63,989 bases of DNA from NCBI RefSeq assembly GCF_004010195.1, contig NC_057754.1, positions 9,049,739-9,113,727 on the forward strand, read 5' to 3'. Each line of letters starts with the position of its first letter. The stretch's first letter is position 1. Origin of the DNA: Chiloscyllium plagiosum. Lineage: Eukaryota. Shown here one piece after another: positions 11,380 through 25,059 of this stretch. The notes beneath the pieces are model-generated. The model worked only from the letters and a program-made list of their open reading frames with translations, was not told the DNA's origin and did not search any database. Position numbers and translations under genes: made by a program.

Positions 11380-14300
11380 CTTACTGGTTTGTAGCTCCTT
11401 GATCTTGCTATACTACCGAAACCACATTAGCTGTCCTCCAGTCCTCTGGCACCTCCCTTGTGGCCAAAGACAATTCAAAAATTTATATCAGGCCTCCTCT
11501 AATTTCCTCCCTCATCTCTGCAATAACCTGGGATACAACCCATCTGCACCTGGGGACTTATCCAATTTTAAATCTGCCAAAATTTCCAATACCACATTGC
11601 TTTTTGTGTCAGTCTGCTCAAGCACTTCACAGTGCATCTCCTCACATTCAGTACTTGCACCTCCCTTCTCCCAAGTAAATACAAAAACTATTTACTCATC
11701 TAACACTCAACCAATGTCCTGTAGCTTCAAGTACATATTGCCCTTTGCCTCGAATGGACACTACTCTTTCCCTGGTTGTTCTCTTTCCCTTGACATTGTT
11801 GTACAATAACTTGGGATACTCCCTAATCGTTAGCATTTTCTCATACCTCTCTTTGCTCTCATAATTGCTTTGTTGAATTATCCCCTGTACTTGCTATACG
11901 CCTTTATGACCTCTATTGTTTTGCTCCTTTAATACCTGTTATGTCTCTTTTCCTTTTTATTCAGTCCCAAATATTCATAAACATTCATGTTTCTCTGGGC
12001 TTGTGACCCCAACATCACACCTGAAAGGGAATATGTAGGGGCTGTACCATTATTTTGAATGTTTCCTACTGTTCTGCAGTACTCCCAATCGATTTTGGTC
12101 AGATCCTGCCTTATTTTAATAAAATCTGCCTGACCCTAATTTAAAACATTTTACAGACCATCTTGCTCTTTTTCCATATCACTCCTGTGGTCTCTATCAC
12201 TAAAATGTTCCCCTCCATCACGTTGAACATCTGCCTGCCTTCATTCCCTCGAATTAGGTCCAGCACAACACTTCCTTGTCTCTTGGAGGATTGTCAGCAT
12301 GTTTACATAGAGTCATAGAGCTGTACAGCACGGAAATGGACCCTTTGGTCCAACTTGTCTATGCTGACCAGATGTCCTAAATTAATCTAGTCCCATTTGC
12401 CAGCACTTGGCCCATATACCTCTCAATCCTTCCTATACATGTACTCATCCATATGCCTTTAAAATGTTGTAATTGTACCAGCCTCCCACACTTCCTCTGG
12501 CAGCTCATTCCATACACACACCCTCTGCGTGAAAAAGTTGCCTTAGGTCCCTTTTAAATCTATCCCTTCTCACCCTAAACTTGCGCCCTCTAGTTCTGGA
12601 CTCGCCTAACCTTGTCTATTTATCCATGCCCCTCATGATTTTATAGACCTCTATAAGGTCACCCCTCAGCCTCCACTGCCCCAAGGAAAACAGCCCCAGT
12701 CCATTCAGCCTCTCCCTATAGCTTTCTCTCTGTAAATCTTTCCTGTATATATCTCAACAAATATGGCCCTTTTAAACCCTTTATACTATGATTATCCTGG
12801 TTAATAGTGGGGTAGTGAAATCCCCTAATATAATTACAGTGTTATATTTTTACATACCCTGGTGAATTGACTACGTACCTGCCCCGAATTGCCCACTGAC
12901 TATTTGGAGGCCTCTACAGTAATACAATCCTGACCGTGTGACTTCTCCTTTTTATTCATATGTTCTACCCACAAAGCTTCCTTTGACAATCTTTCCAAGG
13001 TATTATTTCTTGCTACTGCATTAACTGAATCCCTAATTAATAATGTGACCATCTCCATTTTGCATCCTCCCCTATCCTGCCTGAAGAGCCTATTACCCCA
13101 GATTGCAGCTTGCCAGTCTTGTTCCTCCCTTAACCGCATCTCTATGATGGCAACAGTATTACAGTTCCATATGTCAATCCATGTCCTTAACCCAATTGTC
13201 TTGCCTCCCACACTTCTAGCATTAAAGTAGGGGCCACCCACCCTAGCTTTATTCCTTTGAGAATAGCTCCCAGCATGGTTGTGAATGGCTCCCAGCATGG
13301 GAAGAAATTCTCTCAATCCTCCAATGCAATTGCCACTGACTGGTTCACTCTGAAGAGTCAGAGAGGTTTTCAGCATGGAACAACCCCTTCAGCCCAACCT
13401 GTCCATGCCACCTAGTTTTCATAATTAAGTTAGCAGCATTTGGTCCATATACTTCCATACCTAATCCAACGATGTACCCATCTAAATGTTTCTTAAATGA
13501 CTAACATTGTATTCGCCTCCACTGCTATCTCTGGCAGCCTGTTCCAGACACTCACCACCCTCTGTGTGAAAAAATTGCCCCTCTGAACTCTTTTGTGTAT
13601 CCAATATAAACTGTCTAATTTTAGACTCCTCTATCGTAGGGAAAAGCTGTTAGGTATCTACCTTATCTGTGCCCCACATGGTTTTACAGGCCTCTATAAG
13701 GTCACCTTTTGGTCTCCTATGCTCTAGGAAAGCAACGTTCCAGCCGATCCAACCCACCTTATAATTCAAACCTTCCAGTCCAGGTAACATCCTAGTAAAT
13801 TTTCTGCACTCTTTCTCGTTTAATAATAGGGCAACCGGAACTGCATACAGTACACCAAATGTGCCTCACCAATGTCTTGCACAACTGCAACAATACGTCA
13901 TAACTCCTAGACACAGTGCTCTGACTGATGAAGGCAAACATGCTGAAAACTTTCTCCAGCACCCTATCTACCTATGATTTCACTTCCAAGAGCTATGAGC
14001 CTGTACCCCTAGATTTTTTTATTTTACAACACTCCCCAAAGCCTTACTTTTGACTGTGGAAATAGTGCCGTGGTTTGACCTACCAAAATGGGCGGCACGG
14101 TGGCACAGTGGTTAGCACTGCTGCCTCACAGCGCCAGAGACCCGGGTTCAATTCCCGCCTCAGGTGACTGACTGTGTGGAGTTTGCACGTTCTCCCCGTG
14201 TCTGCGTGGGTTTCCTCCGGGTGCTCCGGTTTCCTCCCACAGTCCAAAGATGTGCAGGTCAGGTGAATTGGCCATGCTAAATTGCCCGTAGTGTTATGTA

Positions 14301-14770
14301 AGGGGTAAATGTAGGGGTATGGGTGGGTTGCGCTTCGGCGGGGCGGTGTGGATTTGTTGGGCTTAAGGGCCTGTTTCCACACTGTAAGTAATCTAATCTA
14401 AAAATGCAACTTATTTATTTAAATTAAACTCCCATCTGCCATTCCTCAGCCTACTGGCCAAGTTAATCAAGATCTCGCTCTATTCCCAAATAATCACTTT
14501 CACTGTTTACTGTACCATCAATCTTGGTGTCATTTGCAAATTTACTAAGCAATTCTCATCCAAATCATTCATATAAATGGTGAATAACACTGGACCCAGC
14601 ACCTGTGGTGCTCGGCTGATCACAGGCCTCCAGTCTGAAAAGCAACCTTCTACCGCCACTCTCTGTCTTCTACCGTTATTCTTCTACTGTTACTTCTACC
14701 AAAATGGATGACCTTACATTTATCAACATTGTACTCCATCTGTCAGACCCTTGCCCACTCACTTAACTGA
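11380..14770 (-). mobile_element. Nested/degraded CR1 LINE fragments
   Basis: Endonuclease remnant (YFNARSV...AIIEMRL) at 12900-13230, 3' ends at ~12305 and ~13355, and RT remnants. Confidence 0.75.
14090..14400 (+). mobile_element. HE1-type V-SINE, full length
   Basis: tRNA-derived head (TGGCACAGTGG A box, GGTTCAATTCC B box), V core and (CTAAT)n tail. Short duplication AAAATG on both sides. Confidence 0.92.
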
Positions 14771-14829
14771 TCTATGTCCCTCTGCAGACTTTCAGTATCC
14801 TCTGAACACTTTGCTCTATCACTCTTCTC

Positions 14830-15955
14830 GTTAAAAAAAATCACACAACACCAGGTTATAGTCCAACAGGTTTATTCGAAAGTACTAGCTTTCGGAGGGT
14901 TGCTCCTTTATCAGGTGGCTAGTGGGGCAGGATCACAACACAGTATTTATAGCACAGGATCATTGTATCATGCAACATTAAATGATATTAGATTACATTA
15001 CAGAGTGGAAACAGGCCCTTCGGCCCAACAAGTCCCACACCGACCTGCCGAAGCGCAACCCACCCATAACCCTACATTTACCTCTTACCTAACACTACGG
15101 GCAATTTAGCATGGCCAATTCACCTGACCTGCACATCTTTGGACTGTGGGAGGAAACCGGAGCACCCGGAGGAAACCTACGCAGACATGGGGAGAACGTG
15201 CAAACTCCACACAGTCAGTCACCTGAGGCGGGAATTGAACATGGGTCTCAGGCGCTGTGAGGCAGCAGTGCTAGCCACCGTGCCGCCCATATATTGAACA
15301 AACCTAGATTGCTGTTAAGTCTTTCATCCTTTAGAATGGGTTGCAGATATCAATTAACTACTTCAAGTCACATTCCTGAGATAACTTAAGGTTTTATTTT
15401 TTAAAAGTGACAACTTAGCTCAGACAGTGCGTTAAAAGTGTGAGGTTAGAGTCTGTCTGTATTCCAATCTTGAGTCAGACTAGTTCTATTTCCCAAGTAG
15501 GAATTTATAAAATGTCACATTGATAGCCTGCAGATCATGTGCTTTGTGAGCAAAATAGAATGTATCTGCAAATGCAAATTCACCCCATAGACTTATATGT
15601 ATGTATGCATGCATGTGAGGGAGAGAGTGAGTGTGCATGTGTGTGTGAGACTGTGCACGTGCTTGAGTCTGGGCATGCTTGTGACAGTATAAGCCTGTGA
15701 GAGGGTGTGCACATGGGTGTGTGTGGAGTGGGTACATGTCGCTGAGAGAGAGTGTGTGTATGAGAGAGGGTCTTCATGAGTGTGTGAGTATGTAAGTGTG
15801 TGTGTATAGTGTGCTGGAGTCACCTGTAATGTGACATGAACCCCACATCCAGGTTGAGGCCATCCTCATGGGTATCGAACTTGGCTATCAGCCTCTACTC
15901 GGCCACTCTGCGTTGTTGCGTATCCCAAAGTCCGCCTTGGTGGACGGTCACCCGC
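14830..15955 (-). mobile_element. Penelope-like element 3' end (GIY-YIG C-terminus, CA-rich UTR, hammerhead terminus) with HE1 insertion
   Basis: Minus strand reads QGGLWDTQQRRVAE*RLIAKFDTHEDGLN...FMSHY. Homologous to 56690-57375. Confidence 0.75.
14988..15288 (-). mobile_element. HE1-type V-SINE
   Basis: Reverse complement of the 14090-14400 family. Confidence 0.92.
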
Positions 15956-16094
15956 CTGACCAGTTTAAATCCTCCTGAGTGGCTCCAGCTAATCTGTCCC
16001 CCAGGTATTGGTTCCCCCTCCGGTTCAGGTGCAATGTGTCGCTCTTGTACAGGCTACCTCTGTCCCAAAAGAGATCCCAATGATCCAAGAGATC

Positions 16095-16283
16095 CACTCG
16101 GCTAAGAGACCTTTTTAAATGTTCTAAATCTGAGAAGACCTTTAAAAGAATGTTCAACAGATGATTCTATCATTCCATGCACACCAAGGAAAGCTTGCTT
16201 TCCTGCCGTGTGAGAGAACAGATTCATGTGTCCATTCCATGTCCTGATATACAAACAGATTCACACTAGGGAAAAGCCATCAG
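16095..16283 (+). pseudogene. Degenerate C2H2 zinc-finger relic
   Basis: Aligns by eye with 17140-17330 (ttttaaatgttctaa...gagaagac..tttaaaagaa; gattcacac). Confidence 0.65.
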
Positions 16284-16558
16284 AATGGCCTAGTTGGAAT
16301 GTTTCTACTTGTTGGTGAATCCATCAGAAGGCCCTGAAAGCAATTTATCAATTTCACAGGGAACTGCAGGTATTTCTTTCCTTAGTTTGTCAAATATGTA
16401 ACTTACTACTACACGAAGCAGTTGAGATTCCAGGCATTCAAAGAAATGTAAATGGAACACTTAAGAAAGGAAATTAGAAAGATACACTAAAAGATAGACC
16501 AGGTGGCCAGTTTGTTCCTTGTATATCTGAGATAACTCTTTGTAAACTCAATTTTCAG

Positions 16559-18320
16559 GCTATTAGAAGAGGAAGATTTGATGTCAAGAAAATCAAACCA
16601 AACCTCATCTCTCGATCCACTGGGCCCTGAAGATTTGCAAATCTGAAGGGAGTTAGTTCACTTTCAGGTGGAAACTGGTGAGAGGCCGCTCCTGCTATTG
16701 GAAGAGGTTGACCCAGCTGGAAAACATGATGACGCAATAGCGAGAGACTGTTCACCTGCTCAGTGTGTGGGAAGAGCTTTAGTTGTTCATCCAACCTGCA
16801 GGCACACCAAGTTAATCACATTGAGAGTCATCTTCACCACTCTGCCTCTCGGGACAGCTTTGATTCCTTTTGGGGAAGATTCCAAAGTCACATTGATGAG
16901 AGGCCGTACAGTTGCTCCCACTGTGGAAAGAGATTTAGTCTATTGTCCTGCCTCGGGGAGCACCAGCTCCTTCACATTCATGAGAGACCGTTCAGCTGCT
17001 CTCACTGTCGGGAGGTTTTCACTGGGCCAGAGGATCTCGCTGAGCATCAGCAAGTTCACACCAAGGACAGGCCATTCAGCTGCTCCCACTGTGGGAAGAG
17101 ATTCTCTCAGGCCTCCCATTGCATTAACCACCAACTGGTTCACTCGGCCAGGAAACCTTTTAAATGTTCTAAGTGTGAGAAGACGTTTAAAAGAAAGATT
17201 CATCTCTTGAACCATCAGACCACGCACATCAAGGAGAGATTGTTTTTCTGCTCTGTGTGTGACAAGAGATTCACTCATCTATTCCACCTCCTGACACACA
17301 AACGGATTCACACCGGGGAGAGGCCATTCAGCTGCTCTGCATGTGGGAAGGGATTCAATCAGGCATCTGACCTTTCAACACACAAGCATGTTCACACTGG
17401 GGAGAAACCATTTTTGTGTTCAGTGTGTGGGAGGGGATTCACTGGTGGGACCTACCTTCTGATGCACAAACGCATTCATACAGGAGAGAAGCCATTTTCT
17501 TACTCAGTGTGTGGGAATAAATTCAGTCAGTCGTCTGTCCTGCTGGCACACCAGCAGGTTCACACTGGAGAGAGGCCATTCTCCTGCTCAGTATGTGGAA
17601 AGAGTTTCCCTCTGATGTGTCACCTTTTGATTCACAAATGTGTTCACACTGGGGAGAGGATGTATGTTTGTGGCATGTGTGGGAGGGTATTTGCTTGCTT
17701 CCAACACCTGCAGAAACACCGTCGTTTTCACAACAGAAAGAAGGTGTTCACCTGCTCAGTGTGTGGGAAGGAATTCACTCTTGTCCAGATTGCAGAGACA
17801 CCAACGCATTAATGCTGGGGAGAGGCCGTTCACCTGCCCTTTGTGTGGAACAAAATTTCCTCAGCCATATGATTTGGTGAGACACAAGCAAGTTCACAAC
17901 AGGAAGAAGGTGCTTACTTGCCCTGTGTGGGAAGAAATTCGCTCAGCCGTCTAAGCTCGAAGCACACCAGCGAGTTCACACTGGGGAGAAGCCATTGCTC
18001 TGCACCGTGTGTGGGAAGCGTTTTCCTCGTTTGCCCTACCTTTGGATACATGAGCGGATTCACACTGGGGAGAGGCCGTACATCTGTCCCGTGTGTGGTC
18101 AGGGGTTTGTTTATTCGTCCCACCTTGTGAGACACCAACGTAGTCACACTGGGGAGAGGCCGTTTAAATGCTCTGTGTGGGAAGGGATTCACTGATCCAT
18201 CCCACCTGCAGACACACTACAGAGTTCATGCCAGGGAGAGGCAGCTCACCTGCTCTTTGTGCAAACAGAGATTTAGCCGGCCATCCAGCCTCCTGAAACA
18301 CCAGCAAATTCACGTGTTTG
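16559..18320 (+). pseudogene. Poly-C2H2 zinc-finger gene (~19 finger units), frameshifted; probable pseudogene
   Basis: Acceptor TTTTCAG| at 16558. A 349-aa open stretch at 16763-17812 has HTGERPF linkers. The finger array continues through frameshifts near 17780, 17935 and 18178. No in-frame ATG upstream of the array. Confidence 0.8.
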
Positions 18321-19458
18321 AGGCAGAGCTAGATTCTGTTCTTGCTACTGTGAGACAGATGAAGGACTGAACCTTTTTCCTTTTGAACTCTCGATTATAT
18401 TGTTTCTTGTCCCTTCAATTACTCACACCAACAGGTCCCAATACCTCCCAGGGTGACTCTCCTAATGTTGGTATCAAGGGCATGTAACAGTAATACTCCC
18501 AGGCATCACCAACATAAATCCCCAGCCTTACATCACATCTGCTGGACGGAGTGTGTGCTTGTGTCTGAATACTTCTGTCGCTTTGAATGTGTGAACAGAG
18601 CACCTGGTTTTAATGTAAATCAGCACAGTTTATTGAAGAGAGACGTGCAGGCTGCTGACAGTATGTTAAGCTTTCAGTTTGCACCTGTGCTGCTCTGATT
18701 TTTACCTATAGTGGACAATGTCTGAACTTTTATTCAAAAGTTTATTAGATATAGGAGCAAAATTAGGCCATTTGGCCCATTAAGTCTGCTCCACCATTCA
18801 GTCATGGTTGATATGCTCTTCACGCCCTTTTCGCTGCCTTCTTCCCATAACCCTTCAACCCATTACCAATTAAAAATCAGTCTAACTCCTCCTCAAATTT
18901 ACTCACTGTCCTAGTAGCAAATTCCACAGATTTACAGCCCTTTGAGAGAAGTAGTTTCTCTTCAACCCTTTTAAATTTGCTAACCATTATCCTAAGACTA
19001 CGACCTCTCGTCCTAGAATGCCCCACGAGGAAACCTCTGTTCCATTTTTATTTTTTCCATACTGTTTTCATCTTGAATACCTCAATTTGATCTCCCCTCA
19101 TTCTCCTAAATTCCAGAGCATGTAAGCCGAAACTGTTCAATCTCTCTCCATACAACAAAGCCCTCATTTCTGGGATTAATCTAGTGAACCTCTTCTGAAA
19201 TGCCCCCAACGCTACTACATCCTTCCTCAAATAAGAGGACCAAAACTGTGCATAGTATTCTGAGTGTGGTCTCACCAGTGCCTTGTATAGTTGCACTAAT
19301 ACTTCCATACTTTTATATTCTATTCTTTTAGCTATAAAAGCCAAGGGAGCACCCCAAAGTCTCTCTCCATTTACATAATAGATTGCATTTCCATTTTTTC
19401 TACCAAAGTGCACCACCAGACACTTATCCACATTAAACTCTGTCTGCTACATTTTTGC

Positions 19459-19554
19459 TACATTCCTGAAGAAGGGCCTGTGCCCGAAACGTCGAATCTC
19501 CTGTTCCCTGGATGCTGCCTGACCTGCTGTGCTGTTCCAGCAATAAAGTTTCAA
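19459..19554 (+). mobile_element. 96-bp Penelope-terminus mini element with intact minimal hammerhead ribozyme
   Basis: ATTC-CTGAAGA-A-GGGC-CTGT-GCCC-GAAAC-GTC-GAAT. TSD CTGCTACATTTTTGC at 19444-19458 and 19555-19569. Confidence 0.8.
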
Positions 19555-20646
19555 CTGCTACATTTTTGCCCACTCTCCTATCTATATTCATTTGTAAGGT
19601 TCTTATTTCCTCATTGCAATTTGCCATCCAACCTATGTTTGTATCATCTGCAAATTTGGCCATAGAGCCTTCCAACCTTGTATCCTAGTTGTTAATTCGA
19701 TTTTAAATAGCTGGGGTCCAAGTACTTAACCCTGCAGCATCCCACTAGTTAAATCTTGCTGTCCAGAAAAAAAAATTATCCCGCTTCTTTGTCTTCAGTC
19801 CATCAGCCAGTCACCTATTCAAGCTAATAAATTACTCCTAATCCCATATGATTTAAGCTTGTGAATTAACGTTTTGTGTAGCACCTTATCAAATACCTTC
19901 CAGAAATCCAAATATATTGCATCTATACAATCTCCATTATCCACTTTGCTTGCTACATCTTCAAAAGAAGTCTAGCAAATTAGTCAAACATGGTTTATCC
20001 ATCATAAAACCATGCTGACTCCCAATGGATAGTGTTTTGATTTTCCAAATGTCATGATTTTGCTGCCTTGATAATTGATTCTAACACTTTGCCAACAACA
20101 GATGTTAAACTAACTGGTTTGTAATTTCCCACATATTGTTTCCCTCCCTTTTTGAATAAGGGCAGTACGTTAGCATTTTTCCAATCTACTGGAATCTTTT
20201 CCCATGTTTAGGGAGTTTTGGAATATTGTAACTAATGGACCCACTATTTCTGCCACCACTTCCTTTAATACCCTAGGATATAGGCCATCAGGCCAAGAGG
20301 AATTGTTTGCTCTCAATTCTAATCGTTGGCTGATTACGTTCCTCCCTATTGATGTTGATTGTTTCAATTCTACCTATTCTATTGCCTCTGACTTGCCCGT
20401 TCCAATAGGAATGGTATTATTGTCCTCCACTATGAAAACTGAGGCAAAGTATTGATTTTAGCATCTCTACCATTTCCATGCTCCCCATTATTAACTCTCT
20501 GGTTTCATCTTCCAAGGGACCAACATTCTTAACGACTGTCTTCAGTTTTATACACCTATAGCCTTTATTATCCTTTTTAATGTTTGGTGCTAGTTTTCAT
20601 ATTTTACCTTGGCTCTTTTTATGAATTTTTTTGTATCCCTTTGTTT

Positions 20647-20868
20647 CGATTAGATTAGATTAGATACAGTGTGGAAACAGGCCTTTCGACCCAACAAGTC
20701 CACACCGACCCGCCGAAGCGCAACCCACCCAGACCCATTCCCCTACAGTTACCCCTTCATCTAACACTATGGGCAATTTAGCATGGCCAATTCATCTAAC
20801 CTGCACAGTTTTGGACTGTGGAAGGAAACCGGAGCACCCGGAGAAAACCCACGCAGACACTGGGAGAA
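20647..20868 (-). mobile_element. HE1 SINE, 5'-truncated
   Basis: Tail and V core only. Confidence 0.88.
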
Positions 20869-21204
20869 TTACGTTTGAAAGTTTCCCAATTTTCCAGCCT
20901 GCCACAGGCCTTTGCAATATGGTAAATCTTGGTTTTAACTTTATATTGTCCTTGACCACCTCCTTTGGAATTTTCTTTCCTCACTGGGTTATATTTTAAT
21001 TAGGAGGAATTGAGTAGCTCTTTAAACATCTGCCACTGCTCATCTGCTCTTTTAGCCTTCCTGCCCAATTGACTTGGGCCAAATCTGTCCTCATGCCTAT
21101 GTAATTTCCTTTGTTTAATTTCAGAACACCAATGTGGGACTCCACTTTCTCACCCCCAAACTGAATTGTGAATTCAATCACACTGTGGTCACTACTCCCT
21201 AGAG

Positions 21205-23604
21205 CAGGTGTGGGCAATTAATTCTTCCAAGGGGCCACATGAAAAACCTGAGTTGTGTTGGAGGGCCGAACCAACAATAAGTTGAACATAATTCTGCTCA
21301 GTATTAATTTTCTCCCATTGTAAAAAGTACTAAATTATATCGTTTTGCACTGAAACTTATAATCAAATAAATAAGGATATTCTGTTACAATAAAGATATG
21401 AAATTGTGGAGTAAGTTAAATATAGAAGAAATAAACAGTAAAAACAATAATTTCAGTATTTCATTGTATTTTTAACATGTTAATCTCACAAACCAATAAT
21501 GGAAAGTTGTTTCATTATTGTTCAGTATTACAAACAACAAACCACTCTATACAAAAAGCAATAAGTGTTTTTCATGTTTTTCAGTTCATTTCACTTGTTT
21601 AGTGAGAAAAATCCAGTCTGTTTTGGGCTTGAACAAATGCACTGAAATCTGGTTGAATGTCTGAGGTGGATATGCAAAGGACAGCTGAGAGGTGATCATC
21701 AGTGATCGAGGGTCTGTATTTGGATTTGTTGAACTTCATCACTGAGAATGTCTGTTCGCATATATAGGTAGATCCAAAGAGGACTAGAATCTTCGGAGCA
21801 TGCCTCGTCGTGTGGAAAGTTCTCCTCTTTGAGGGAAGAGTGAAAATCAAACAGTGAAACTGACCTAAAGTACTCTGCCAGAAGTGTGTCAGACTGCAGG
21901 TCAATGACTTCAAGCTGAACATCACTAAGTGTATTCTCCACATTGCATGTAAATGGGGAAAACATTATGTGCATTTCATTCTCAATCATTTTAAAGTCTT
22001 GAAATCGCCTTGAAAATTCACCATGCAGTGTTTCTAATATAGATGAGTACCTGTGGAGGTGATCTGCTGAAAGTGCGGCTTCCTTCAGTGTTGACAAGTG
22101 GGTGAGAATGCTGTCCTCCATTTGGTTTGAAAGAAGCTGCAACTTTCTCATAAAAGCCTTCACCAGGTTGTACATTTCGTGCACAAAAAGGCCCTTGCAC
22201 TGCAGTTTCACATTTAGTTCATTCATAAGTGCAGTCACATCAACAGCAAAACTAAGGTCTGCAATCCAGTCTGCATCTGAAAGCTGTAGAATGCCATTCC
22301 CTTTCTTCACACAGAAATCTTGAATCTCTTCTTTCAGGTCCCATACACTTTTCAGCATTTTGCCCAGGCTGAGCCACCTGACAGCTGTGTGGTAGCCTAT
22401 GTCACGATATTCAGTCTCATTTTCCTCCAAAAGTGCAACAAACTGCCTGTGATTCAAAGCTCTTGCCCTGATGAAGTCAACTATTTTAGTTACAACATCA
22501 ACCACATTGTTAATTTTTAACACTGACTTACACAATGCTTCCTGATGTATAATACAATGCAAAAATACCAATTTCTGTTCGGGGTCAATTTCTGTCACTT
22601 TATCCTGCATTCTCTTTAAGAGTCCAACATTTTTTCCTGTTAAATTTGGGACAACCATCCGTTGTCACACCTGCCAGCTTGCCCCATTTTAGTCCCAACG
22701 TGTCCAAACGTGCATTTACCTCCGTGAACAAATCATTACCAGTTGTTCCTTTCATTGACTGCATGGCTGCCAGTTCCTCCGTGATTTTAAAGTCTGTAGT
22801 TATCCCACGTATGAAGATGAGTAGCTGGGCTGTGTCATGTACGTTGCAGCTCTCATCCAAAGCCAAGGGAAAAAAAAAGTCAAAGTTGACCGCTCTGTGC
22901 TGCAGCTGAAGCTCCAGATTTCTCGCGATGTCCCCAATCCTCCTCGTTACAATGCAGCGGGAGAGGGGCACATTCTCAAATGCCTCCTTTTTCTCCGGGC
23001 ATATTAGTTCCTTAATAAACTCTCCATCAGAAAGCAGTTTACTGTTTCTGACGATTTTGTGGGATATGACCTAACTTGTCTTGACAGCTGTATGTCTGGA
23101 TATGTGAAGTTTCGTAAAAAGTCTTTGCTGGTTATGCAGCTTAGCGAGCAAAGCATCCGACTCCCTTACCCGCTCTTGATCAGACAAGTTGTACTTCTCA
23201 GCATGTTTGGTCACATTGTGGCGATTCAAATTATTATCCTTGAACACAGTGACCTGTGCACCACAAACCAAACACACGGCTTTATCTCCGATTTCTGTAA
23301 ATAAATATCTCGCAGTCCATGTCTTGTTAAAAACGCGGCATTCCGTATCGACGTTCCTTTTTTTGGCGTGAGCTGACATTTTGAGGGCTAGCCACCAAGC
23401 ATCACTTTTAGCTGTTCATGCATGTGCGTCCATACGCAAATAAAAAAAGCATCCTTTTCAAAACAAAAGCAACACAGTTGTATTCCATGCATAGCGTAAA
23501 TACTTTTTCATTTATGTTCTAATTTAAGATTGACCTCATGCGGGTCGGACAGGAACGACCAAAGAGCCGCATATGGCCCGCTGGCCATAAAATGCCCAGG
23601 ATTA
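21205..23604 (-). mobile_element. hAT DNA transposon (Charlie/SPIN/OC1-Buster group)
   Basis: 8-bp TSD CCCTAGAG at 21197-21204 and 23605-23612. Imperfect TIRs CAGGTGTGGGCAAT / AATGCCCAGGATTA. Confidence 0.9.
21599..23379 (-). pseudogene. Frameshifted hAT transposase (GTF2IRD2/SPIN-like)
   Basis: KKRNVDTECRVFN..CLVC, ALDES...TAQLLIF, TTDG, HCIIHQEAL, VRWLS, FGSTYICEQTFS. Spread over 4 or more frames. Confidence 0.92.
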
Positions 23605-25059
23605 CCCTAGAGAATCCTTAACCATGATGTCATCAATTAATCTCTCCTCATTACACAATACCAAATCCAGAGTAGCCTGATCCCTGGTTGGTGCCACAAT
23701 ATACTGCTCCAAGAAATAATTTCTAATACATCCAATGACCTCTGCCTCCAGGTTACTCTTGCCAATTTGATTCTTTCAATCTATATGCATGTTAAAATTA
23801 CCCATGATTATTGCCATACCTTTCTTCCAAGCCTCTAATATTTCACTGTGGAACTACAGTACTGTTTGGGGACCTATAGCTTACTCCTCCCAAGGACTAC
23901 TTCTCTTTGCTATTTTTTATATTCTTATAGCTCAGACTTATTCCACATCTCGATCTCCTGTGCTTATATCATTTCTCATTACAGCACTGATCCCTTCCTT
24001 CATCAGTAAAGCTACACCATCTCCTTTTCCTTTCAGTCTATTTTTCCGATATGCTGAATACCCTTAGATATTCAATTCCCAGACCTGGTCTCCTTGTAAC
24101 CATGTCTCAGTAATTGCTACAAAATTTGTATCCTTTTGTCTTGCGCCATTGTTTCACATGCTTTGTGCATTTAGATACAAAGCTTTTAAGTTTGTTCTGC
24201 TGATAGATTTCCCTACTTTTTTATAATTTCTTTGTGCTCAAAGACATTCTCCTGTTCTGTTCCTCACCTTTTTGTGTCTGTTAACCATCTGCCACATTAC
24301 TAACCTGCACTCTTATCTCCTTTAATTTGAAGCATACCCAACCCTCATCACCATATAGTTTAAAGGCCTGTCTATAACCCTAGTTATGCAATCAGCTGGG
24401 ACTCTCGTCCTCACATGATTCAGATGAAGACTGTCCCATCAAAAGAATTTGATGGCAGGACAAAATCTTGAACAGAGAGGTTTTCTATTGTGTTAGGTTC
24501 TATAGCATGGAGGCTACTCTCCAAATGATTCAACTTAAATAACCAGGCTATGTCACCTATGTGGCCGATTACAGAATCCCAAGAGGTCCTTCAATGGGCA
24601 GCAGTACAGTAAAAACAAAACAGGGAGCTCAGGAAACCACACAACACTGCAGAGGTTCCTCGGAACCAGCTACAACAATGTGAACTATCAGTTCTGTGAA
24701 TGTCCAGTCTGGTCCCACATTGGACTCAGGCATGAGAGCACATACGGAAGACAATGAAATCATTTACAGCTTGGGCATACTTTCAGTAATAATCAGTTAA
24801 CCCCAGAATTAGTTCTGTCCTCTGGACTTATTAACTATCCTCTATTATAATACTAAAGACTCTGAATAGGCTATAGGGGACTCTGTAAGTGGGGGATAGA
24901 GTAATATCCTTTACAAATCGGGTAACTGTCCTCTGTCAGTATTCCTGAAGTGCTGTTAATAAAGTCTCTGGAATTCAATATGTTGTTGTGAGCTTGATTT
25001 GTCTGGTATGTGAAAGTACAGGTTCAATATTCAGAGTCGACAAGGCAACAAGCAATGGA

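Larger units (their letters stand above)
18745..24425 (-). mobile_element. Long CR1 LINE ORF2 remnant interrupted by a hAT, an HE1 and a hammerhead mini element
   Basis: KFADDT, LYKALVRPH, PDGLYPRVLKEV. The LGSSDH motif is split exactly at the hAT TSD. Confidence 0.85.

Noticed and set aside
14090..14165. tRNA-like heads of SINEs as tRNA genes
   Set aside because: They continue into V-SINE core and tail and have no proper cloverleaf.
21599..23379. Host GTF2IRD2/ZBED-like gene
   Set aside because: It has TIRs and a TSD, is inserted in a CR1 and is frameshifted, so it is a transposon copy.
24440..25040. Possible solo LTR
   Set aside because: It has AATAAA and TG/CA-like ends, but no convincing TSD or second copy in the window.
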